Origin: Mytilus edulis
Lineage: Eukaryota
Direction: 5' to 3'
Length of the DNA stretch: 64,000 nucleotides
Assembly: GCF_963676685.1 (NCBI RefSeq)
Contig: NC_092351.1
Location: 83,576,001 to 83,640,000 of the forward strand
The position numbers were made by a program, and so were the translations under genes. Numbering within the stretch: the first letter of the stretch is position 1; every line of letters starts with the position of its first letter. The notes below the pieces were generated by a model that searched no databases, was not told the DNA's origin, and saw nothing but the letters and a program-made list of their open reading frames with translations. This document shows positions 12,878 to 24,600 of the stretch, piece after piece.

Positions 12878-15411
12878 TAGAGGTTTCCCGATTTGCTACG
12901 GTACCAACCGTAGTACAAACTGGGAGCTGTCATTGAAGTTTTTAAATTAATTTATATATGCCCTTTATGTCGATGCATGTTACCTGAATCATTATTTAGC
13001 GTATTTAGAGGATTATTAGCTACAACTTGGTATAACATTCATAAAGATGTGTTACTAACAATATTGCGTGTACTCGATTATGCTTTCAACAAACCGTTGC
13101 AAGTAACCGTTGCAACAAACAGTTGTAAATTTAGTTGTATTTCCCCCGAAATTGCTTCAGCAAAAAGAAGCTAAACAAAAAGTACATTCATACTTTATTT
13201 TATGTTTGCCTGTTAGACTGATATAATAGTTTAAAATAAAAAAAAGTTTGCATTTTTCGGGGTTAAGCCTGTAGAAAAAAAATTAATAAAAAAGAGCTAT
13301 TTTGAAATACAAAATTGACCTTATTGAAAATATTTAATGTTAATGGTAAATTAAAAAAAAAGTTTTCGTTACTTTTGACGCTCACTAATTACATGGCGTT
13401 TTTAAATCTGTCAGTATAAGTATATGAACAAAAACACGACGTAGGAAGTCTGTAATAAGATGTATAGATGAGATACGAGACTTAAGAATCAAATATACAA
13501 CACACGAAGGGCATCATTCCACAACAATATGCACAATACCATTGGAAAAAATAAAAACAAGAACCTGAACTATTTCGGTCATGTTATCGACAGGATCAGA
13601 GCATCGTCTGTCTCATATGACTATTACAACATATCTCATAATAATCAAATATCATTTATGTATTTTGTTTCCTTTTGGATCTCATATCTACACACTGAAA
13701 AATCTCATTTCCTAGGCACTTAAAAGTTGGTAAATGCTTATTTGTGAACAGCCAGCCATATGTTTTATTATTGGATAATTCTTTACAATTAGTACAAAAA
13801 CTGTTTACTATATCCAATGATAATATTCTCTGTTCGCTATATAAAGGACAACTAACTGTATAATGAGTCTCATCTTCAATAGATTTTAATCTATGTGATA
13901 ATCATGATAGCATATAAAATCGGAGATCAACTTACTTGTTTGTAATAAATAATCAGAAGGACTTCTTTGCATTCTATGATAGAATTTAGTATTGTAGGTT
14001 TATTTTAGTTGTTTGAATTCATTATCTATAATCCAATTCTTATATTTTTCTGAAATTCGTCAAAATTCACACGTATAAGAAATTTTACTAACGTTAAAGG
14101 TACGAATAAGGGATCAAATAATAGATACACTAATCAATCCCAAGACAGAAGCCTTTGTTAGTCTTGTATTATTTTTTTTAAAATTTAGTTCATTTATATG
14201 TTTTAGAGTATATATCGTATGACATCCATTTTCACTGAACTAGTACACATTTTGTTTTCGGGGGCCAGCTGATGTCCACTTCCGAATGCGGGACTGTCTC
14301 ACTGCTCTTTGGTCTTTGACATATTCCCAATTTCCATTTCATTTTTTTTTAATAAAATATTCATTGGACACAAATGTCAGTTCAATTATATTTTATTACG
14401 TCGTTAGTATAATCATATGAAAATAATTCTAGTCAATTACATTCATTGATTCAAGGAATGATTTTTTTCATTGGCAACCGAATAGTGAATACTGATTAAT
14501 CATTTTTTTTTTAATTTTACTTTCTAGAATGCATTTCAAGAAAACAAAATATGACGGAAAATTCCAATTTATCACTCAATATGAAATCTCAGCTCCCTTA
14601 TTCTATCATAAAAACACCTTCTGCTGCAATGATCGAAATAGATTAATTGAATAATAGAACTAATTTCAAAATCATGCAAGAACTAATTAAAATATGAAAA
14701 CTTCGCAAATTTTACACGTGAACAAATATAACCAACACAAGTATCATGTGTTTTAGAAATTAGCCTATAGTTATTATGATAATTATTCCTAAGTCTCACT
14801 CTATAAGAAAACAATGTTTAAGAGAAACGCAAATCTATATTTAGAATCTATAAGTCCGTGTTTACGAGGCGCCGAATGGGACTCTTGTGGTTTTGTACAA
14901 AATTCAATTCTGTTAAAACAAAATCATTTTTGTCTTACAAAAAACTATGTGATACAGACTTGATTTATGCATGTTATGAGAACCTCAATTTTGTGATGAC
15001 AAAATTCATTTTTGTAGACAAAATTCATTTTTGTAAACAAAATTCATTTTTTGTAGAACAAAACTCACTTTGTCCGTACAAAATTGAATTTCGAGTACAA
15101 AACCACAAGAGTCCCGTTCGGCGCCCCGTATTGTTAACCCAGTTCGTTAAAAGTTCTGTTTGATTCATGCACTTGTGCATAACTAAGTCATCCAATAAAA
15201 AATCACATTCAAAGAGTTATTGAAACGTTGAAATCGTTATTAAATAAATCGTTAAGCAAGTTTTTTGGTAATACGCATTTCAATTATTTTGATTTTAACA
15301 TGAGTAATAAAAAAATTGTCTTTCATGCTTAAAATGATACCTCTTAAACAGCATTTACGGTTGCTTTACGTACCAACCATACCTGATACGTAGAAAATCG
15401 GGAAACCTCTA
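12878..15411. mobile_element. 2.5-kb non-autonomous TIR element (TAG...CTA ends)
   Basis: TIR TAGAGGTTTCCCGATTT(G/T)CTACG at both ends (23 bp, 1 mismatch). The host repeat resumes collinearly after it. No clear TSD. Confidence 0.75.
14863..15130. mobile_element. MITE with ~36-bp TIRs and internal ACAAAATTCATTTTTGT repeats
   Basis: TACGAGGCGCCGAATGGGACTCTTGTGGTTTTGTAC ... GTACAAAACCACAAGAGTCCCGTTCGGCGCCCCGTA. Confidence 0.85.
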
Positions 15412-16441
15412 ACGAACGCTTCAACTCGAGGAAATACAATGAAATATGCAGCATAAGGATTTTCATCACGTAATAGCGTTTGTCGAGTGTATACCTGTTT
15501 GCTACACGTACGCTATACATACGTTACAAGCGCGTTGGAAGACGCTGCAGATAAGTTTGAGACACATTTAAAGCACGTTGTAAACGTATCAAGATCGTTC
15601 GAATTTTCTTTGAATTTTAACTTGGATTTATGCCGGGCGAGTTTTTCACACACGCCTGGCGTAGTTACAGCTCTTCGTGAACGTATAAAACGCACCCTTA
15701 GCATATCAAAAACGTACTCTGACATTCAACAAAACATTGACCACGTCCAGCTTCCGTTGGTGCTTTACGCTGATGTGTGTCGCCGGTATGAACCTATAAA
15801 ACGCACCCATGACGTTTTAAAAAAGTCTTCTCACATTCAACGAAATATGCTCTGACATTTTTATCGTGGCATAAATCCGCGAATTTATAAGACCATGTGT
15901 ATCCAGAAGTAGTAAAAACAATAGCCTTGAGAATGGAAACGGGGGAAAATGCCAATGCAGCGAGAAAATCCCGCACCCAAAGGTGGGCCTCAGCTGGTCC
16001 CTTGTTCAGTGAAACACCCCATAATTTGATATCCAACACACACAGCAAGCACGGATAATCGATATAGGTGTGACCGCGACGCGCTTCAAATACAATGTAC
16101 GTTCATGGGACGATTTTACTTCGTAGCATGCATTTCATTTACGTTAGACAAAAATAAAATAGATATAGATAAGTTCTTAACTAAGAGTAATATTCTTTTT
16201 AATTAATTACTGTGCATTTATAATTATTCGTCATGTTTGGTTGGACACAATTTTCACGGATTTCGTTTCAAATGGTGAACCATCAATTCAAATTTTCAAC
16301 AAAGTTTTCCTTTTTTTTTTATAAAGTTTTTCAATTTGCTACACATTTCTTGGCTTATATCAAAGTCTGGTAAAAAAAAATCACATATGAACATAAACTT
16401 ATCAAATATGAATTTGAACGTTACTACAAGTTATATTGTTC

Positions 16442-16542
16442 GCTACTGACCACCTACGGATCCAAGAAGGGTTAGTAAAATCCATACAGGGTGAGACCGG
16501 ATGGGTTTTATCCACCCTATATGGTCCGTAGGGGGTCAGTAG
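16442..16542. repeat. ~100-bp foldback / mini-MITE
   Basis: CTACTGACCACCTACGGATCCA ... TGGTCCGTAGGGGGTCAGTAG inverted ends. Confidence 0.6.
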
Positions 16543-17789
16543 TTAACCATATAACGAATTCATCGCACGCTGGACTCTTTCTACTGAGTTTTGTTGAAAA
16601 AATAAACAATGAAACACAACAACATTAATAGATGACGTCACCATTAACAGAAAACGGGACGTCATGACCACTCTATGAAATTTACTAGCCCTTACGGATC
16701 CATAGGGGGTCCCCATGTGTAGCTTTAATCTAATCAAAACGTGATAATTTACCCGCGGTGCGATAAAAAGTTATCGATAAATTTCATAAAAATAAAATCT
16801 TAATTCTTAATGTTAATAATTAGATTAATCTTTTTTCATTACGTTTTTATCTTCTCTTCATACACATAATTAACAAAATCATAAAGTAAACCAACCTTGA
16901 GTACGCGTTTTGTCTACGTTAGACCATTTGATGGCACTCGAATTTAAACATTTGGAAGGCCGATTCGAACACATTGTTTAATCCGAAAATTGAAATCGAA
17001 AATATGTGCACAATTATACAAACAATGTATTTCTACTGAGAGCACATATTTCCCAGTTAATATGAAATTCCAGGGCTCGTATTTCCTACCATGACTTCAT
17101 TGAAAGAAGGTTGCAGCTTACTAGGAAGCTTTATGTGAGTAGTTTTAATTGGTGAAGTTGAAATCATCCTTTCTTAAATTTTACTAACGCCATCTCAAGT
17201 TGGTTGAAAACTTGGCATAAAAATTACGAGAGGGATTTTTTTACAAATTCATCTCAGGTTGTCAATTCCTGCGGCAAAACATCATTAGTATGTTTTAAAC
17301 AAATTTTCTTTGAGGAACATTAACATAAAGGTGCAATAATGTTCTTAATTTGTCCCTTTTATGTTTCTAAAATTTGATCTTTTGATTTAATATTGAAATC
17401 ATTTCTGTCTTAAAGGTCAAATTCTGTAAAATAAAATTTTAAAAAATCTAACGTTTTTCACCAATGACGTCACAAGACAGACACTTTGACACGTTGTCGT
17501 GAAAATACAAATCTTTGTCATACTTTTTATTGTTTGTGGACCATCCAAAATTAGGCAATGCAAGAACCGACCAAATGCTTGTCTGTATCGTATGCTGGTC
17601 AGTTAATGAACAAATACGTTTCATGTTATTGTTTTGCTTTTGTAAATAAACTCACCATAGATATCAGGATTAAAATTTCATATTTACGTCAGACGCGCGT
17701 TTTGTCTACAAAAGACTCATCAGTGACGCTCAAATCCCAAAATGTTTAAAAGGCCAAATAAAGTATGAAGTTGAAGAGCATTGTACTTT

Positions 17790-18200
17790 CTCAAAAAATT
17801 TTGATAACAGAGAATACATATACACATTTTCGTAAATGTCAAATGTTCCGTAATAGTGCTTATCAGGATGAAATGAAAACTTTATGAACTGCTTCAAGTT
17901 GTTATCGCATGCTTCTCCGTAACGTTACCAGTAAGGTCACCAGTGCTTTGATTGCTTGCTATTGTGTTCAGACAGCTTTTTCTTCAACAACATATGGTGA
18001 TACTAGAACAACCGAAATTTCTATTCTTAATTTATCAGAGGGGGAGTAGATGAACGTCATAGATCAAGTACAGGGGCTGATTAAGAGGGTTTTTCAGCGG
18101 CCGGTCCCCCCTTTTGTTGGAAAAGATTGGTTGATTACATAGGCTTAAATACCGCCAGTGAGGTATGATGCTTATCTGTAGTATTCATTATCAGAGTAGG
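17790..18200 (+). pseudogene. Decayed paralogous copy of the 3' part of exon 1 of the 5984-11604 gene
   Basis: TTTATCAGAGGGGGAGTAGATGAACGTCATAGATCA matches TTTATAAGAGGAGGAATAGATGAACGTCACAGTTCA (6785-6820). GGTATGATGCTTATCTGTAGTATT matches the intron start GGTATGTTGCTTACCTGTAGTATT. A ~90-bp insertion sits at the splice site. Confidence 0.7.
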
Positions 18201-18806
18201 TGTGTTAATTTAAAGAACAGGATCACAAGCAGATAGTTCTCCATATGTTCTGATATTGTTTATCGATTTTTACATTGTTTACATTGCCATTTTTTCTTTA
18301 ATCATGGATAAGAGTACCTTTAAACCATTCATCGGGGAGATATATAATAAAACATGGTTTAACAACTTTTTGAATTATAAAGTATTAAGAATATCAGTCT
18401 TCTTTACTAATGGAAATAGACAACAGCAAAAAACACTTTTTGAGATGTTGTTGCATTTATAAATACATTTACTGCTGATATTTACTTGTATACATATATC
18501 AATAATTGCTTTGTACGTAATTTTAAAGGTTAACAATTAATTTAGGCCACTTGCATCCATGAATAAATGTTAAATCTCAATTAAAAAGTAAAAATACAAA
18601 AATACTGAACTCCAAGGAAAATTCAAAAAGGAAAATAAAAAAACAAAAGGCAAAATCAAAAGTCCAAACACATCAAACGAATGGAAAACAACTGTCATAT
18701 TCCTGACGTGGTACAGGTGCACCAAGCTAGGATCCAGCGGACATGATACAACGTACAATGCATGGAGACATGTAGAACATATCCTGGATTTAAGATGGGT
18801 GTAAAC

Positions 18807-18924
18807 CTGGTCATGAGACATTACTAGGACATCACACTTAAGCTCTATGGATTACCAATAACCCACTGGTCATGAGACATTACTAGGACATCACACGTAA
18901 GCTCTATGGATTACCAATAACCCA
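18807..18924. repeat. 59-bp tandem duplication (2 copies, 1 mismatch)
   Basis: CTGGTCATGAGACATTACTAGGACATCACAC(T/G)TAAGCTCTATGGATTACCAATAACCCA twice. Confidence 0.9.
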
Positions 18925-18986
18925 AAATTAAATGCATCTAATGAGTGAAGCCCTTTAATGGTTCTTTCTTGTGTTGTGATGTTACA

Positions 18987-19093
18987 CCACTGTTCAATGT
19001 TAAGAGAAGGGTTGGGATCCTGCTAACATGTTTAACCCCGCCACATTATGCATGTATGTACCTGTCCCCATTCAGGAGCCTGTAGCTCAGTGG
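18987..19093 (+). ncRNA. Degenerate P5-type twister-like ribozyme motif in a dispersed repeat (related copy 38019-38123)
   Basis: CCACTG...CAGTGG closing stem; GAAGGG-TTGG..CTAA hairpin; TTTAA-CCCC-GC; CCT-GT-CCC-CATT-CAGG. Order matches a permuted twister core, but this copy has L4 substitutions. Confidence 0.45.
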
Positions 19094-20428
19094 TTAACTT
19101 TTGTTGGTGTACACATATTTGTTTTCCGTTCATTTTTTTAACATAAATTATGCCATCAGATTTCTTGTTTGGATTTTTTTACATTTGTCATTTCATGGCC
19201 TTTTATAGCTGCATGACTATGCAGTATGGGCTTTGCTCAATGTTGAATTATTGGAACAAAATATAATATCGTTATAACAGAACAAGGAAAATGCTGGGTT
19301 TTTATCATTTCTTTGTAAGAAATGTGAAGTTAAAAGATAAGAAGCTCATGTATAAACTAACATTTATAAGAATACAAGGTATTAGTTTTTGTCAATGCAT
19401 CTAACAGCGTAGATACAGTGGATGTTTAGATAACGCTATCAACAGTTCTTAGTCTTATAATAAATTATCTTAAATTGGTCCACCCCTCCCGAAAAAAAAG
19501 AAGAAAGACAGATAGTACAATGTCATCTTGGAAGTTTATCCAACATATGTTCTATCGAAATTTACGCCAGACGCATGTTTCGTCTATGAAACGCTCATTA
19601 GTGACGCTCCAAACCAAAAAAGTTAAACAGGCCAAATAAAGTACGAAGTTGAAAGACATTAAAACCGACATTTCTTGAAGTTTTGACAAATACAGCTTAG
19701 GTCATCGATTCCTGAGGTAGAAATAAGCCTTAACATTTCAAATATTAAAATTTTTATAAAAAGTTAATTTATGATATGACCATATCATTGGTCACTAATG
19801 TCAAAACAGGAGTGTTAACTACTGGGTTGGTGATACCCTTAGGGAATAAAAACTCCACCTGCAGTGGAATGCACTTGCATTTTGATTACATAGTTTGGGA
19901 TTATTACATGATTCAAGTTCGATAAAAATAAAAACAAGTACGGAAAAGACAATTCCCACTAAATATTCCGATTTCAAAGCATATTTAAAAAAACAAATTT
20001 ACTTGAAAAGTATATGTCTCCCCTTGTAACTCGTGATGTTTCATAATGAAATGCAAATATGTAGAACTTAAATGTTCCATATACTTAAAGAGTGTATCAG
20101 AAATGCACTTAATAATTATTATTAATAATAATAATGATTCAATTTCAACATACAAATGATACAGTTCAAAATAAAGTGCGTTAAAATAGGTCACATTATT
20201 TCCAAATTATATCACTGTACAGAACTATCAAGGACATTTTCAACGAAATGGATATTCAATTTAAGGTAATAAATTCATGTTGGACTACATATCCCTTGTG
20301 TCTCAGATCAGCTTTTTATTTGGTCAAGTTCACTATTTTTAGTTCGATTTGAAAAAGAAAATAAAGTCATCCTAGATACCAGGATTGAAGTTTAGTATGC
20401 ACGCCAGACTCGGGTTTGGTCTACACTA

Positions 20429-20926
20429 GAGGGACGAAAGATACCAAAGGGACAGTCAAACTCATAAATCTAAAACAAACTGACAACGCCATGGCTAAAA
20501 TTGAAAAAGACAAACAGACAAACAATAGTACTCATGACACAACATATAAAACTAAAGAATAAACACCACGAACCCCACCAAAAAACTAGGGGGGATCTCA
20601 GGTGCTCCGGAAGGGTAAGCAGATCCTGCTCCACATGTGGCACCCGTCGTTTTGCCTATGTGATAACAAAGCCGGTAAATAGTCTAATTCGGTAGGTCAC
20701 ATTCATGAAAGGAAAGGGGATTGTAGTTACGACGTAAGGAACATATCCGATATCATTTGTGAAACGGTTATTCCATAACGGTCAACCAACTCGTGATGGC
20801 GTCCGTAAAATTTACGAAGGGATGATTTCAACTTCACCATTTGAAACTTTTGGTTTAATAGCTTCCTTGTGAGCAGCAACCCTCTATCAAGAAAATCATG
20901 ATAGAAAATGATGCACGCACGAGAAT
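20429..20926 (-). mobile_element. Penelope-like (Naiad-type) RT C-terminus + 3' region inserted into a decayed hammerhead repeat
   Basis: Encodes SRAC..YHDFLDRGLLLTRKLLNQKFQMVKLKSSLRKFYGRHHELVDRYGITVSQMISDMFLTS*. Flanks ACGCCAGAC..GTCTACA (left) and TACAAAAGACGCATCAGTAACG (right) are two halves of a hammerhead copy. Confidence 0.75.
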
Positions 20927-21625
20927 ACAAAAGACGCATCAGTAACGTTAGAATAAAAATAAAATAAAAAGAACAAATAAAGTACGAATAAAACACTTAT
21001 ACAAAAAAGAGAAACTTTTATTGGATTTGAAATTATTTGGACACTCATTTACAATTAATACTTGCAGTAAAACAACACTGATAACAAAATCTCAAAATCT
21101 GATTCATACAAAGCGAAAAGTGTTTTTACAACATACAAGATGTGTTATTAGTTTCTTTGTGAAAAAAAAGAATACGTAGTAAAGAAATATTACAAAAAAA
21201 TGATATTAACAAAACCATTGATAAAACACAAGCTGTTTTAATACTTGGAACAGTTTACTGATTCTGCCAAAGATTTACAAAAAAAAATACATATGGTAAA
21301 ATTCGTATGAAAAGATGTTATATGAATTTTACAACAATATACATCATGTATCTACAAGGGATAAATGGAATAAACCGTCCTTCCAAAACACATATAAATA
21401 CAAAATTGTAAAGAAATAGTATGAAATTAGAGTAGGAATATTGATCTTGATTTCAGAATTTTTTTCTGTATCTAAATTTATTTATCTAAAACTTTAACTT
21501 ATCTTCCTTTAAACTTCTCGTAAGACAAAAGTTAGTTTTTCCTATGCTCAAAGTATCAAAAAAGGTATAAGAAAGATAAGTCAAATCTGTAATAAGAGTT
21601 AATTATAAAATCCGTAATTTCCAAT

Positions 21626-24600
21626 TTATTTGCCTTGCATGATCTTGGCCATTACTTCTTTAAAATCGAATTCATTAATGGTTGTTCCCTGTAATTTTAA
21701 ACCGATTAATAGCGCCCTCTTTAAATAGTCTTTGCTTGTAGTATATACCATCTTGTGAGGTGCAGGGCTGTCTTCTGGTGACCTGTAAACAAAATGGTAA
21801 AATTATATTTCAGACCAACTAAACCATGTAAAAGGTACCTGTTACGCTAGAAATTTAATTACAAACTGTATCTATGCTTTTGATTTGAACAACTCTAAAT
21901 TTACCAAACAATAAGTTTTTCTGTTATATTTCCACAAGTCTATGCTCTGATTGTTCAGTGGCTAATATAAACCTTTAAAAACGAGAATTATTAAAATCAA
22001 ACCTGCTTAAGGGACCACCTGTATTAAGCAGAAACCTGCGTTAAAAGACCATCAATTTTATATCCCTCTGTAATACAATTCATATAAATTGAATCTGTAT
22101 TAAAAGAACCACCTGTCTTAAGACACCACGTTTTTGCTCTCCCTTAAGTGGTCGCTTCAAACTGGTTTAACTGTATTTGCAAGTACTAGACAGTTCTATA
22201 ACAGCGGCAAGCAAAAGTATGATCAGCACCCACTGAATTTACTATAAGAGTATATATGTAACACTCCCAAATCTGTCCGAGTCCCTCAAACGTGTCGATT
22301 CTCCATAAATGGTCCGTTACATTCAATATTGCCCGAACGTGTCCGATTTTATAACCCTGAAACGTGTCCGATAATTGTAATTCGCCAAAACTTGTCAACT
22401 AGTAAACGCCAGAATTATGTCTCATGTCTTTTAGCGCAAATACATGCATGTCCTAAATGAAATCAATAACTTGTACGGCAATTTTATGATGGGTGACATA
22501 GTTGATGAGGTGGTAATTTTTTAGCATTGGTTTGTATTATGTGAATTAACTTATGACTGAAATTGATTATTGTCCAGTTGCAAGTTTGTCGTGCTTATTT
22601 GGATCAAACATACAAATAATTCTAAAACAGTTGAATTGATTGTTAACTATGTATATTATTTTGTTCTAATACACTCCGATTATGCCTTTCATATTAATCC
22701 GAATGTTGCAAAACGGGCTTTCGGGAGAATTGATCTTTCTAATGTCCCTCGTCTATAATGTCGAATCTACTAACCTTACTTTATCAATTGGCAGTTAACA
22801 AAATTGCAAAAGGCAGCTGAATTCCTTTAAAATATATTTCTAAAGTACTAGCTCTCCAAAAGTCGAGTTCATGCTATTTATAAAAATGAAATGGTTTCTT
22901 ACTGCTATTGTATTCTAAAACAAATTGACCAAATAACGCTGTATCAATCAATATATGATACAATAAGAAAAAGAAACAACACTAAAATCATGTTGACATA
23001 TTTATTGTCGTCATAGTGATAAAGATTATTACACAATCTTGACTGATGAACCCATTTTTTTTACATTTTACCCAGTTTACAGGGTTTTTTTTGTTCACAC
23101 ATTGCCGTCAATAGAATAGGGTTTGATGCGACTGTCGGGTTACCTATAAAACCAGGTTTAATCCATTTTTTTCTACATAAGGAATAAGTATATTAACAAA
23201 ATATCTGAACTCCGAGGAAAATTAAATATGGAAATTCCCTAATTAAATGGCAAAATCAAAAGCTCAAACGCATCAAACAAATGGATAACAACTGTCATAT
23301 CCTTTACTTGGTACAGCCATTTGGGTAGAAAAGGATGGATTTGATCTGGTTTTATATCAATCTGAACTTCTTGTTTGACGGTCACATCAAATTTCTTTAT
23401 ATTGACAGCGAAGTGTAAAAATGGGTAATAATGTCAAGAAAGGGTTACAGCGGACAATATTGTCTTATAAATGTTATAATCGTAATACATATGACAGTTG
23501 TTTTTTATTCATTTAATGTGTTTGAGCTTTTGATTTGCAATTTTTGATCAGGGACTTTCCATTTTAATTTTTCTTCTGAGTATGATATTTTTTAAATCAA
23601 CTCATAATGGAGTTGGTCATAATTAATTTGCAATTACCAATGTTTATAATTGTTCAATACTTTTCACTCAAACAATTTACATCTCAATAAAGCATTTTAG
23701 ACAACTCAAAATTTGACCTGCATTAGATTTGCAAACTTTAGTTAAATACAATCAATAATGAACATTGAAGGATTTCACTCAAATTTCAGTTAATCAGTCA
23801 CTAACAATCCAGGAAAATATGAAACAAAGTGAGAAAATAATATAAAAAATTACGTAGTCAGGAGCTTCTTGCCACAGTAAGTATTGTAATTTTTTTTATT
23901 TGTATTTTACTTCATTAATATGTTTTAGAGTGTATTATGAGGTCCATTTTTACTGAACAAGTACACAGTTTTATTTAGGGGCTAGCTGAGACGACCACCG
24001 GGTGCGGGAAACCAACTGGTAGCCATCAGCTGTTATCTGCTCTTTTTGCCGGTTGTCTTCTATATGAAAGACATGTATTCCTCCTTTGCATTCTTAATTT
24101 AAGACGGTGTACATCTATCAGTGTTAGTGTTGAATAGAAGGACATTTAAAAGAGTCAACTGATTTCCGCGAAGTTTCACTTTAATTGGTACAATTTCACG
24201 AATGATTAATTTGTTTAAATACACTTACCAAGCAAAGAATACTATGTTATTTTTGATTGTGAGCTGGTCTTGCCACTGAGCATTAAAAACCGCGTATCGA
24301 CAATCACCCACTTCTACTAATTCCTGGAGGAATCGTTTGTAAGCAACGTCTGAAAAAAATGTTTTTTGAAATCTAATTATTTATAGAAAACAGTGAATAT
24401 ATAAAAAAAACGGACAACAAAACTCACGTCCAATAAAAAAACAAAACAATTAAGGCCTTGTACAAAAAGGGATATTTCAATCATAAACACTGAAAACTGA
24501 AAAGTAAAAACTGAGCAACAAAAACCCGACACAAATTGAAAGAAAAAAATAGTTTAATTATTATAGAGGAACTCAATATTATTGCTACAAAAGACCTGTA

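Larger units (their letters stand above)
11973..15906 (+). mobile_element. Two tandem copies (11973-12725 truncated; 12729-15906) of a non-autonomous DNA element starting CCGGCGTC(T/A)CACA, each interrupted by younger insertions
   Basis: 11973-12350 aligns with 12729-12877 plus 15412-15650 (ACGTGCACCAGACGTAC; GTATACCTGTT.GCTACACG; CAAGATCGTTCGA). Superfamily uncertain (Harbinger-like end). Confidence 0.6.
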
